64,000 nucleotides of DNA. Origin: Oopsacas minuta (Eukaryota; Animalia; Porifera). The notes below the pieces were generated by a model, which was not told the origin of the DNA, did no database searches, and saw nothing but the letters and a program-made list of their open reading frames with translations. Made by a program: the position numbers and the translations under genes. The stretch lies in the NCBI GenBank assembly GCA_024704765.1, contig JAKMXF010000221.1, positions 310,001 through 374,000 of the forward strand. Direction: 5' to 3'. How positions within the stretch are numbered: position 1 is the first letter of the stretch; each line of letters begins with the position of its first letter. This document shows, piece after piece, positions 22,740-33,165 of this stretch.

Positions 22740-24140
22740 ATGGCCGATAACTCAGACAAACAGAAACTGCTAGATGATGAAAAGTCGGTTTGTTCTCCTC
22801 TCATAATCGTGAATCAAAAGTCAGTACAGTTTGATATATCAGATAGTTCTGCAGAAGTCCTTGAAATATTGCAAAACAAAGATTATACAAATCCCTGGAA
22901 GTTCCCAGATGCTTTCTCTGATTCAGATCCGAGTGATGATGAGGAACAAATATCAGCTGATTTTCTACCTATTGTAGTTAAGCGGAAACAGCTGTCTCAT
23001 AGCATATCTCTAAACGCAGTGCAGAGCCGTGCACACAAAGAACCAGAGCTAGTGCTAACTGATAGGAGACAACTGACACAGAGTAATAGCTATTATGGAC
23101 TGCTCACTTGTTGTCGATATCTACAACAGAAAGACATTCGTAGCAAACTTGATGTTATAGGTGTTAAGAAGAAGATTGAGACTGGTAGCTACACTGCACA
23201 CACACGCGAATACCTGCATCTACTCTATGAGTTTAAAGATCAGGAATCATACAATATAATGTGTTCTAATTTGATGGCTGAAATATCTAAGACTCTCGGT
23301 AAGAAAACTAAAAAAAGTGATCGTATACCTATCTCTTTACAACCTGCTCGTCCTATCTACTCAAAGTTGAAATGCTGTCTCGAGTTAAGTTTGACTCCAG
23401 AATCACTCTATGCGGTTATTGACGCCCTTAATCCTCTCTTCGTTTCTGTATCTCAATCTGTCTTCCATATAACAGCACATACCACAAATAAAGATGACGT
23501 AATTCCACATGACTCTCCCACACCTCAATCTAATCGTCTTCCAGCCTTTGCTCTGTGTATACAATTCAATAAAGTAATATTCCCAAATACTCTGAGATCT
23601 TTTGACCAGAGAGGTTGGAGTGCTCTCAGCGCCTTCCCTGGCAACAAATCAACCTTTTGTTATGCTAATATCTCATATGGAGAATCAATTCCATATATTA
23701 TATGTGAAACTGGGAAGGAATCTGGAATACATGGATCAAGTCGTCTACCAACTTTCGCTATTTATCTATTTGTATCTGGGGATGAATCAGCTATGTTAGG
23801 GATGAGAAATTTCTATGACATTCTGTTGTTAGAAAACAAGGTTAAAACTTTTGAAAGTAATAGGATTATATACCCACTCGTATCCGATGCTTACAGTGAC
23901 AGAGAGTTGATACTATTACACGTGCCTGACAAGACTACTGTCCAGCAAAAAGCTATATCTCTATACATAAATACTACTAATATTCTATCTCTTATTTGCA
24001 AATTGAAAAGTCCAGTTATTGAATGCGGTCAGGGCTGTGTCTCTCTTAATGATCCTCAAGGGAACAGAGTGGTACTCAGAGACCTGAGTCATATCCCTTT
24101 TTTCAAGAATGCTGTACAGAAATTTGAATTCACCGCTTGA
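22740..24140 (+). CDS. FAM124-like protein
   Basis: C-terminal half (AIYLFVS...FYDILL...LNDPQGNRVVL) resembles the FAM124 glyoxalase-like region; intronless. Confidence 0.55.
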   Translation: MADNSDKQKLLDDEKSVCSPLIIVNQKSVQFDISDSSAEVLEILQNKDYTNPWKFPDAFSDSDPSDDEEQISADFLPIVVKRKQLSHSISLNAVQSRAHKEPELVLTDRRQLTQSNSYYGLLTCCRYLQQKDIRSKLDVIGVKKKIETGSYTAHTREYLHLLYEFKDQESYNIMCSNLMAEISKTLGKKTKKSDRIPISLQPARPIYSKLKCCLELSLTPESLYAVIDALNPLFVSVSQSVFHITAHTTNKDDVIPHDSPTPQSNRLPAFALCIQFNKVIFPNTLRSFDQRGWSALSAFPGNKSTFCYANISYGESIPYIICETGKESGIHGSSRLPTFAIYLFVSGDESAMLGMRNFYDILLLENKVKTFESNRIIYPLVSDAYSDRELILLHVPDKTTVQQKAISLYINTTNILSLICKLKSPVIECGQGCVSLNDPQGNRVVLRDLSHIPFFKNAVQKFEFTA

Positions 24141-24323
24141 AATACCGCTTTTACGAGTGTTTTTGTATAGTTTAGATTAAAGCTTCTTTATTCTTGTGTT
24201 TACTTGCTGTTGTAATGTGTGTACACTTCCCTAATTATTCTCTATAATATTAATATACGTATTCGTTGCTATTTATTGTGTACTTACTTTCTGTATTGAT
24301 TTATATTTAAGATTATAGTATAA

Positions 24324-25109
24324 ATGGCTGAGGCTGAAGGAAAGAAGGGAGATGATATTATACCTAAAGAGGAGAAAGCTCTTGAACAATCAGAACCCGA
24401 GTTTGTATTTGCACTAAGAGATATCAATGGTGAATTGATATCCTGTTGGAAAGATGTGTTCGGGGATGATTGCTATAACAAATATTTTGAGATTAGTGAA
24501 GGTGATATCTTCAAGAAAGCTCCATCAGCTGATGCTATTGTCTCGCCTGCCAACAGCTTCGGATTCATGGATGGAGGTATAGACATGGTATATAGTCTGT
24601 ACTTTGGTTGGCAAATGCAGACTCGTCTGCAGGATGTATTAAGAAACAAACATGATGGAGAATGCTTGGTAGGACAATGTGTGATTATCCCTGCATACCC
24701 CCCAACAGAGAAATTCTCTGATAGAAAAATTGATATAGATAGGAATGAAGGTAAAGCTATTAAGTACCTTATTTCAGCTCCAACCATGCGTGTTCCAGTG
24801 GATGTATCTACCACGTGTAATGCATACTTAGCATTCCGAGGTATTATACTTGCTGCTAGGGAGTTTAACCGTGAGCTGAAAGAGAATGGCGATAAGCTAG
24901 GGTTAGGACCTATAAAGAAGATCCTCTGTCCTGGCTTAGGTACTGCTGTTGGTATGATGCCTGCTTACAGATGTGCTTACCAAATGAAGGAAGCATTTGA
25001 TGCTCTGATACTCAGGACAATTCCTATGCTAATATGTCCTGGAGCTCTGATTGATGTTACGAAACATCATTGGGCAATGGAATCTGCGGAGAAGAAAGAG
25101 AAGAAGTAA
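24324..25109 (+). CDS. Macro-domain protein (Appr-1''-p processing-like subfamily)
   Basis: EGDIF, ADAIVSPANSFGFMDGGID, APTMRVP, LCPGLGTAVG. Confidence 0.85.
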   Translation: MAEAEGKKGDDIIPKEEKALEQSEPEFVFALRDINGELISCWKDVFGDDCYNKYFEISEGDIFKKAPSADAIVSPANSFGFMDGGIDMVYSLYFGWQMQTRLQDVLRNKHDGECLVGQCVIIPAYPPTEKFSDRKIDIDRNEGKAIKYLISAPTMRVPVDVSTTCNAYLAFRGIILAAREFNRELKENGDKLGLGPIKKILCPGLGTAVGMMPAYRCAYQMKEAFDALILRTIPMLICPGALIDVTKHHWAMESAEKKEKK

Positions 25110-25354
25110 TGTACATAATCCTATATCATACTGATATTATTTCTTTAGTTTGTGTAGAAATGACATTGACTGCTAAAATGATATATTTTCCTCTCTCACT
25201 CCATTACTGTATTAATTCATAATGGAATAACCACTCCATTACATTATTTAAACAGATTAGCCATGTGATAATATCATATATAAATCTGGCTTTATTATGC
25301 GTACTTATTTAATAATTACTATATTGATCAATTCTGGCTCTAGATAGTTGCGTT

Positions 25355-26083
25355 ATGGGACAATGGAATGAACCAATCGATCTTGGTGTGGTTGAGTTTT
25401 ACTGGCTAGCTATTTTTCAGCCCAAAGGGTTTCTTAAAGTTATCCAATTCTTTATCGCAATTCTAACATTCTCTCTAACAGCTGGTTTCACCGCTGTAGC
25501 CGTTCAAAACTGTGTCATAACTGCTAATAATCAAAATACAACAGCTGTGAATAGAGTCCTCTCACCTTATCCCTTCTTCCAATACGAGCTACACGCTAAT
25601 AACACTGTATCATATGCTGATACACATATTGGTAATGGTCCTCAGTTCTTCGTTTGCTGGGGCGTATTTACGATGTTTTACTGTATTGTTGCTGTACTCG
25701 TGTATATGTTTCTGAGCAAAAAGTTCGTAATGTCTGGCCTTACCTCATTACCGGATTGGCTTGTCATTCTCGATCTCATAGGAACTTGTTTTTGGATATT
25801 TATGTGGGTCTTAGCCTTTCTAATCTGGGCCGTACAGTCTAATACACTCAAGTATTTAGTAGTTAATTATCTGGAGGCTAATAAAATAGGGAATTGTACA
25901 ACAGCTTATTCTCTATCTTTCGCACAAACTGACATAAGTCTTACCTTTTCATTTCTTCTAATATTCGTTTGGTGTTGCAATATTTATTTTATTGTGAAAG
26001 ACACAAGCTACTACATTCGGTGGAGTGAGAATAGGAAGAAGAGCTACGCTCCCCCACAGGCTGCAAGCCATGAAACGTATTGA
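25355..26083 (+). CDS. Synaptophysin/synaptoporin-family MARVEL protein
   Basis: QPKGFLKVIQFFIAILTF, QFFVCWGVFTMFY and WCCNIYFIVKDT match the physin pattern (EPLGFxKVLQ...WFVFKET); four TM segments. Confidence 0.78.
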   Translation: MGQWNEPIDLGVVEFYWLAIFQPKGFLKVIQFFIAILTFSLTAGFTAVAVQNCVITANNQNTTAVNRVLSPYPFFQYELHANNTVSYADTHIGNGPQFFVCWGVFTMFYCIVAVLVYMFLSKKFVMSGLTSLPDWLVILDLIGTCFWIFMWVLAFLIWAVQSNTLKYLVVNYLEANKIGNCTTAYSLSFAQTDISLTFSFLLIFVWCCNIYFIVKDTSYYIRWSENRKKSYAPPQAASHETY

Positions 26084-26281
26084 CCTACGATTCTCCTAGA
26101 ATTTTTATGTTTCTAGCTAATAATATATAGGTTTGTCTTGCTACCCCTTGGATACTTTATTAGCAGTGTATGATCTCCTAAATTGAATATATATCATTAT
26201 TAATGTATTCATCTGTACTTAAGGGTTTGGAATTATTGCAAGTTTCATAGAAATTCACGAATATATTTACTATTTACTAAT

Positions 26282-27511
26282 ATGTATAATTTGGCAGCTA
26301 AATATAAGCAAATGGCTGATAGAGATATCCAGATTCCTCATTCAATTCCCTCGCTTATCTACAAAGAAAGTAATGGAGCGCTAAGAGGATTCAAACAAGA
26401 TCTTATTCAGGAAGATATTACAGAAATATTTCAACAGTCCCTAGTCTGTTCAGTATGCTCTGGTGTAATCAGAGATGCTGTACAATCAATGGGAAGAACT
26501 GTCTCTCACTCATGTGCCTTAGAATCATTTGGCGATATAGACAAGAACGTACAAGATAATGTAATAGAATGTCCTTATAAGGCAATATGTTGCAATACAA
26601 AAGAGATAATGAAAAAGCATTTAGATGAATATCTAGCAGAGAATATTATACCGAAACAGAAGCAATTGCTAGCTCAGTTCAAAGATCTACAAGATAAGAA
26701 TGAAGAGCTGATCCGAATTAACGCAGATCTAAGACATAAAATGAATTCTAGTAGTGACATGAATATCTGGTACATAACATTAGCTATTCTGTTAGTAGTT
26801 ATGAATATATTCATAATATATCAGTTGGAGAACGATATTTTGTTTGGGAGAGAGAAGAATCAAGTACTGATAAATGAAAATATCCAAGAATTACCAACAC
26901 CATTATCTAGTAATTTTGAAGGGACTGAGCATATCTGCACCAATGAAGACAATACTTCTATAATTGACTTAGTGAATTTTTCAGAAAAGTTAGAGTTAAA
27001 ACTTGAAAATTCTATCAGCAAGATCAACGATAAAATTACAAACATTCAGAGAGAGATTCAGAAACAGCTGGATGAGAGACTGCCGGCTGTAAGCAAATAC
27101 ATTAAAGAGAGAAATAAAATACTACAAGGTGTTAAATGGACACATGAGTATATTGAATCTGATATCATAATACACGGACCTTATTTCTATCTAGGACTGT
27201 GTAGGTTAAGAATACACGCAAAGTTTGGTTATAAAAACAACAAGTCTGGTCTGAAATATTATGTAACAAGATCGAGTGGAGATTATGATGGAGCTGTGAA
27301 CAAGTGTCATATAGCTTATATTTGCCATTTCTACGAGCATATAGATGGTACTAAATCATCAATCCTTGAGGAAGAGAAAGACAACAATCTGGAGATAGAT
27401 GACCAGCTATCTATTCAGTTTTTCCATTATGGTTTTAATTTTGTACGTACACAACTAATTAGAAACGATAAAGTAACAGTAAAGATATACTTCGACACAG
27501 AAAATACGTGA
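26282..27511 (+). CDS. Divergent TRAF-like protein (eroded RING/Zn finger, coiled coil, hydrophobic segment, MATH-like C-terminus)
   Basis: CSVCSGVIRDAVQ, ECPY...KKHLDE, GPYFYLG...GDYD...NDKVTVKIYF. Confidence 0.55.
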   Translation: MYNLAAKYKQMADRDIQIPHSIPSLIYKESNGALRGFKQDLIQEDITEIFQQSLVCSVCSGVIRDAVQSMGRTVSHSCALESFGDIDKNVQDNVIECPYKAICCNTKEIMKKHLDEYLAENIIPKQKQLLAQFKDLQDKNEELIRINADLRHKMNSSSDMNIWYITLAILLVVMNIFIIYQLENDILFGREKNQVLINENIQELPTPLSSNFEGTEHICTNEDNTSIIDLVNFSEKLELKLENSISKINDKITNIQREIQKQLDERLPAVSKYIKERNKILQGVKWTHEYIESDIIIHGPYFYLGLCRLRIHAKFGYKNNKSGLKYYVTRSSGDYDGAVNKCHIAYICHFYEHIDGTKSSILEEEKDNNLEIDDQLSIQFFHYGFNFVRTQLIRNDKVTVKIYFDTENT

Positions 27512-27663
27512 TGTTACAAGGAATTTATTGTTTGTATATTATATTATATTTTCACTCTACGTATTTGTGTGTTTGAAGGGTTTTTTGAACTAAAAATGTA
27601 TTCAACTTAACAATATTGACTATTATTGAGGACTTTATTATTCACTATTGTATCTGTATTAGA

Positions 27664-28581
27664 ATGCTAATCAAGGTATTCTCAGCACCTATTACTGCAG
27701 ACCAGTATGCTCCTCTCCTTTCTAAAGCAGTCATTGTGAAGCTGTGTCTCCATTTACTTATCCTCATTCCGCCTTTCTTCATCGCATACTCCACAAAAGG
27801 ACTTTGGCTTAGAGAAGAATTCTACCAAGAACAACCAGATGTAGAGTTTACTCGAGAGCTTATCGTGATCTTACACGGCTCTACCCCTCACTCAATACTT
27901 ACATGGAGTACTCTACCTTCCTATAACAGACTCCTACAGACTCGTATTCGTATTCCTCTATTTAAGTTCCGCGAGGAGGACGCTAATCAAGACGGAATTA
28001 GGGACTACATAGACGTTTCTATGGAGTTTCCAATGCAACTGGATGATGACGTCACTCATGTTACATGCTTGCTCATACATGAAGTGAAGTTAAGTAAACA
28101 TGCTCTTGTCACGCTGCGTGGAATGAGTTACTTGGACTATGCAGCCGCAGGCCAGGGACATGCTATACATTTCTCTGGAGAGATGAGAGTGCGACAGAGG
28201 AATGCACTCCCTTCTTACGGCAAACTGACTACTTATAATACACAAATATTGAACTCATCTAGTCCCTACGCTAGTGATTATGATTTAAATACTATAATCA
28301 CTAACTATTTGACGAGGAATTTGTCAACATTTGTAGACAATATAATTCCTGTATGGCAATACGGACAAGCAGTAGGACAGCCTTTCACCTTATCGGCTAG
28401 AATATACTATCCTAATCAGCTGTTGTTCTACCAGCCCGAGTTCTGGCAAGTAGTTAAATTTGCCTGGATACAGTACCTTGCTATTGTTATTCTATTCATA
28501 TTTGTAGCTGACGTCATCACAAGGTACATATTCACTAACTTCCTTATCCCAACTATTGTCATGTCGAATGAAAAGTCCTAA
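27664..28581 (+). CDS. TMEM231: Ciliary transition-zone protein TMEM231
   Basis: IPPFFIAYSTKGLWLREEFYQEQPDV and YQPEFWQVVKFAWIQYLAI; ATG at 27664 preferred over the ORF-track start. Confidence 0.9.
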   Translation: MLIKVFSAPITADQYAPLLSKAVIVKLCLHLLILIPPFFIAYSTKGLWLREEFYQEQPDVEFTRELIVILHGSTPHSILTWSTLPSYNRLLQTRIRIPLFKFREEDANQDGIRDYIDVSMEFPMQLDDDVTHVTCLLIHEVKLSKHALVTLRGMSYLDYAAAGQGHAIHFSGEMRVRQRNALPSYGKLTTYNTQILNSSSPYASDYDLNTIITNYLTRNLSTFVDNIIPVWQYGQAVGQPFTLSARIYYPNQLLFYQPEFWQVVKFAWIQYLAIVILFIFVADVITRYIFTNFLIPTIVMSNEKS

Positions 28582-28673
28582 AGCTTATATAAGTACAAGT
28601 TTTATACGAATTATCTATCAATACATTTTATTAATTTCTCTAAATTTTAAATAAACATATTTCTAAGGTTGTT

Positions 28674-29414
28674 ATGTATACGAGACGTCTGAAGGCACTA
28701 GGCTACCTATCAGCTGATAAATTCAAGACAAACATCTCTCAAGTCCAACAGCTGGTCATATGGCTAGAAGATAACAAGATAAGATATCTGCCCATCGAGA
28801 ACAGAGAATCTTTGAAAGCAACAGAATTCAAAGATTTCAAAAGGGCGCTTAACAGCTATTTGTCTGGCTTAGGTTGTCCGTTTGAAATGAAAGATATAGA
28901 CTCTGTAATGACCTGGTTATTGGGTAGAGCTATCCGTAGTGAGTATACAGAGGTTCTGCAAGAGTACCCAGAACTAAATACAGCAGAGTTCAAAGGAGCT
29001 AGAGCTAAACGTCGAGCTGAAGCAGTACCAGCTGACGACTACAGACTGCCACTGCCTAGTGTAGATCACCCCGAATTCAAACAGATGGTTAATCAGCTGT
29101 GTAACTCTCTAATGATACCAGCACATGATGACCTCATCCTGCGGTTACAGGCAGCTGCTCATCTCATAGGAGAGAGAGACAAATTGGAAAATAGCAAAAT
29201 TGATAAATCTAGGAAATCTATAGGACTAACTCCACAGGATTTAGGATTTGACTTTGGGGATGCTGCATTGGATCAAGCTGCTATGGGACTTAGGCTATTA
29301 CATCAGTCAGAACTAAGGAACTTACAAACTAGGATTAACGAGATTATCGTAAAAGTACAGTCAGTAACTGCAGACCCTAGGACAGACGAGAGATTGGGAA
29401 GAGTTGGAAAGTAA
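28674..29414 (+). CDS. RTRAF: RNA transcription, translation and transport factor (C14orf166)
   Basis: RRLKALGY, LVIWLEDNKIRYLPIENRESL, LQTRINEIIVKVQSVTADPRTDERLGRVGK. Confidence 0.88.
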   Translation: MYTRRLKALGYLSADKFKTNISQVQQLVIWLEDNKIRYLPIENRESLKATEFKDFKRALNSYLSGLGCPFEMKDIDSVMTWLLGRAIRSEYTEVLQEYPELNTAEFKGARAKRRAEAVPADDYRLPLPSVDHPEFKQMVNQLCNSLMIPAHDDLILRLQAAAHLIGERDKLENSKIDKSRKSIGLTPQDLGFDFGDAALDQAAMGLRLLHQSELRNLQTRINEIIVKVQSVTADPRTDERLGRVGK

Positions 29415-29516
29415 AGGATAATATTTGTATTATGAATACTAATAGCTTTATTTCTAATTTACCAGATTACTAGATTATTATTACATTTCGTTATTATGTT
29501 TAGCTAGCATTTTAAG

Positions 29517-29954
29517 ATGTCTTACTACTTTGTAATGGTGGGACATGAAGATAATCCGATTTTCGAGCTAGAATACAGCCGTGTTCATCACATTAGTACA
29601 CTAGATAAGCAGAGCGCTATGCAGAAGAAAGATGACCAGCTCCATCTCCATCAATTCACTGCCCACGCATCTCTAGACATTATAGACGAGAATAAATGGA
29701 CATCTAACAATCTCTATTTCAAATCATTGGATCGATTCAATGAGTATTACATTTCTGCGTTTGTAACGCCCAGTCAGATAAGATTCGTTATGCTACATCA
29801 AGATAGAAATGATGACGGAATCAAAAACTTATTCCATGATGTGTTTGAGCTCTACACTAAGCTATCTCTCAATCCTTTCTACACCCCAGGGACTAAAATA
29901 AACTTCCAAAGCTTCTTGCAGCGAGTTAATACTCTCTGCAAGAAATATCTTTAA
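29517..29954 (+). CDS. TRAPPC2: TRAPP complex subunit 2 (sedlin)
   Basis: YYFVMVGHEDNPIFELE, HQFTAHASLDIIDE, FNEYYISAFVT, LNPFY. Confidence 0.95.
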   Translation: MSYYFVMVGHEDNPIFELEYSRVHHISTLDKQSAMQKKDDQLHLHQFTAHASLDIIDENKWTSNNLYFKSLDRFNEYYISAFVTPSQIRFVMLHQDRNDDGIKNLFHDVFELYTKLSLNPFYTPGTKINFQSFLQRVNTLCKKYL

Positions 29955-30073
29955 TTTGTTGTTCTAATTAGATGTTGTTAATATTCATTTTAGTCCATGG
30001 TTGCAAAAATGGGACTTTTCAAAATCCAATTTAATCAACTGTATATTTCAAATTTGTAGTATATTCAAATAGT

Positions 30074-31542
30074 ATGCGTTGTCAATGGGTTGTCAAAGAT
30101 AAAGCTTGTGGAATGTCGTGTCTATCTCTATCCTTCCTCAATATCCACCTTTCAGAACATCTAGACCAACTTTCCCTCTCTTCTCCACAGAGTCAAGGAT
30201 TTATCCGGCCGAGAAGAAACCTGCACACATACAAGTGTCCATGGTACAAATGTGAGTTCAGTATTGACTCAGTTGATGTCTTACGACTTAGACTGCATGT
30301 GTATTTCCATGCTTTCCAGCTTAGCTTACAAGTTGCTGGTAACAAATATATCAAGAAAAAGAATCTACCTGCTTGTCATATGCCTCCAGCTGATCTGTCA
30401 TCTGTCATACCGAGTCTATTACAGCCATATTCCTGTAGATGGAATGGTGATAGATGTAAGCAAGAGTGAGTTATTATGTAAATTATTGTATTATATTTAT
30501 TCTGTCATTATTTGTATTGTAGTTTTCATATCCCAGCTGATTTCTACCAGCACGTTTGGGAACATGGTTCTAATGCGGCTGTTGACTCGTCCAAAGAGTT
30601 GCAGTGTGAGTGGGCTAAGTGTAAGCATAAAACTAAGAAGAGATTCTCCTTACACACTCACTTAAAAATGCACACACAGGAAAAAGTGGTTAGTCAACGT
30701 ACGCAGATTACGGTTGAATATATTTAATGGTTAATACAGATTGCGTGTCCAACCTGCGGTAATCTATTCAGTACAAATCCCAATCTTGAGGATCATCTAC
30801 ACAGACAAGCTCCTATCTCCTCTCTCTATGCTTGCGATATTTGTCGGAAACAATTCTCTACTGAGCGACTATTAAAAGCTCATCTACACAAGCACATAAA
30901 TAACAAACAGTGCACTCTATGCGGTTTTACAATGCTAGATGAATCTCACCTTAAGAGACATATGTTATTCAAACACAATAATGAACGTAATGAAGTGTGT
31001 CCTCACTGTAGAAAGACTTATAAGGTAACGAAACAAATAAATACATATAATTCAAGTTAAATAATTGTAATTTTAAGAGCAAAGATGTTTTGGATCGTCA
31101 CATGATGCTTTCTCACCCTACCCCTCAAGTTGATGTTACCCCCAAAAGACCCAAGCCTTACAGCTGTCATTTATGTGACAATAAGTATAAAATATCTTCT
31201 AATCTCGGTAGACATCTCTCCCGTGGACACGAGTTCAGGTGCCAGTTGATACACCCCAAACTAAAGAGATTTAAATTCGTTAAACATGATGATGGATTCT
31301 ATAGAGTAGCTCTAAACTCTCAATTACAACCCATGACATCTGTCAAACCTCTCTCATACAGATGTCATATATGTCACAATAGATTCTCTTATGGTCATCT
31401 CCTGTCTAAGCACTTAATGTCGTTACATGCCTTCTCACTTCCCCCGGGATACTCCCGCTTCAGATATCTTAGGAACTCAGAAGGGTTCCATGAACTGGTA
31501 ACGTTCCGTATAGAATCTAAAATATTACATTCCGAAGATTAG
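30074..31542 (+). CDS. HINFP: HINFP/MIZF-like C2H2 zinc-finger transcription factor, 4 exons
   Basis: LHVYFH, MHTQEKV|IACPTCG, FSTERLL, C-terminal PPGYSRFRY; introns at about 30468-30520, 30689-30739 and 31025-31077. Confidence 0.85.
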
Positions 31543-31791
31543 TATATTAGCTACACTCTATTTCTTCAATTCACTGTCTTAACTTTACTTCAATCATGAT
31601 TAAATTTAACTAATCTGATCAGATATTATTAATTTGGTATTAGCGCGCTTCGCTTGCTAGGTTACTTCACGACTTGAGGCCTCGACACAACCTCCACTTA
31701 GTGACTGTTGGTTACCCTCGGTACTTAGTACCAGCATTACCATGTCAGTTATTGATATCAAACACACATATGTTAAAAATGTTAATTAGTA

Positions 31792-32454
31792 ATGTCTGGA
31801 ATTCTCTTGAGGAATTCTATCCGTAGCTTATACACAACTTCTATCAGACTTAATTACTACATTCCAATGGTCCTGGAGCAGACAGGTAAAATAGAGAGAG
31901 CATATGATATATACAGTCGTCTGCTTAAGGACAGGATTATATGTCTAACAGGTGCTGTGTCTGATCCTGTGTCTAGCGTATTGGTCGCTCAGCTGCTCTA
32001 CCTACAGAGTGAGAGTCCCACTAAACCAATAAACATGTACATTAACAGTCCAGGCGGTAGTGTTACAGCTGGACTAGCAATATACGATGCTATGCAGTAT
32101 ATTAACGCTCCTGTATACACCTGGTGTATTGGACAAGCAGCTAGTATGGGTGCGATAATATTGAGTGCAGGGGAGAAGGGGCACAGACACTCGTTACCTC
32201 ACGCACGTATAATGGTACATCAGCCATCAGGACAGGCAGTAGGACAAGCTTCTGATATCAGACTTCAGGCAGACGAGATTATTAGACTCAGACAAGATCT
32301 TAATGAGATTCTATCTAAACACACAGGAAAGAGTATTGAAGAGATAGAACCTGCTGTAGAGAGAGATAAGTTTATGTCAGCTACTGAGGCTAAAGAGTTT
32401 GGGATAATTGACATAGTCACTACTCAAACCATTCAAGCAATTAATGATAAGTAA
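31792..32454 (+). CDS. CLPP: Mitochondrial ClpP protease, intronless
   Basis: [31 protein letters not shown] (catalytic Ser), MVHQP, ERDKFMS. Confidence 0.97.
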   Translation: MSGILLRNSIRSLYTTSIRLNYYIPMVLEQTGKIERAYDIYSRLLKDRIICLTGAVSDPVSSVLVAQLLYLQSESPTKPINMYINSPGGSVTAGLAIYDAMQYINAPVYTWCIGQAASMGAIILSAGEKGHRHSLPHARIMVHQPSGQAVGQASDIRLQADEIIRLRQDLNEILSKHTGKSIEEIEPAVERDKFMSATEAKEFGIIDIVTTQTIQAINDK

Positions 32455-32571
32455 TATAGGAAATATTTGTGCAAAAAATCGCTTAATAAATTTACATAGT
32501 TTGTTACAGCAAAAAAATCAATATTTATAAATTCTAGCACTTTAATATTAGAAAACACAAATCTTGTTCAA

Positions 32572-33000
32572 ATGTCTCGTCTGCTCTTTTCCAAATTGAA
32601 AACTATCTTTTATCCAAATATAATATCAAGACCCTGTCCACATTATCAAATCCGATGGAAAGTAAATATAAATGTAGACCCGACAAAGATACGATTTAAG
32701 AAGCTACCCAAGATAGAACTTGAGCCTGGAGAGCGTCTTCCTTTAATGAACACCGGTAAACACAGATTACGGGTATACAAAACCTTAGTAGTGAATACTG
32801 ATGGGTCCTCTTACTACGCAGAAAGTCCCTTACCTTATGAGATCACATTCTTACCGCTAGATTTAAGTAAGTTAACAAAGGAAGAGCTAGAGAAGAGACG
32901 GATAGCTCATCTTCCTGACAAGAAAGATGACGGATTAACAGATCAAGGATTCTCTGATGAAGAGATGCAAGTATCAGATGATTACAAACATTTGTTATAG
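32572..33000 (+). CDS. MRPL55: Mitochondrial ribosomal protein bL31m (L55)
   Basis: YKTLVVNTDGSS and LPLDLSKLTKEELEKRR resemble the MRPL55 core; mitochondrial-type N-terminus. Confidence 0.7.
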   Translation: MSRLLFSKLKTIFYPNIISRPCPHYQIRWKVNINVDPTKIRFKKLPKIELEPGERLPLMNTGKHRLRVYKTLVVNTDGSSYYAESPLPYEITFLPLDLSKLTKEELEKRRIAHLPDKKDDGLTDQGFSDEEMQVSDDYKHLL

Positions 33001-33165
33001 CTTACTAATGTAAATTATTAAATTTATGATTCGAATTATTTTCATATAAGTCCTGGTGAATAAGTACAGTAGGATTATTAGATGCACTGAGAAGTATAAA
33101 AGCGGAATTACACTAGCTTATTTACAGAAACACTACTTATTTATATATTCTGCATATAGCCTTAG

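Noticed and set aside
31640-31742. tRNA or SL RNA gene call for the GC-rich island
   Set aside because: A-box and B-box similarity is weak and wrongly spaced, there is no cloverleaf, and no clear donor-plus-Sm-site layout; kept only as an unexplained element.
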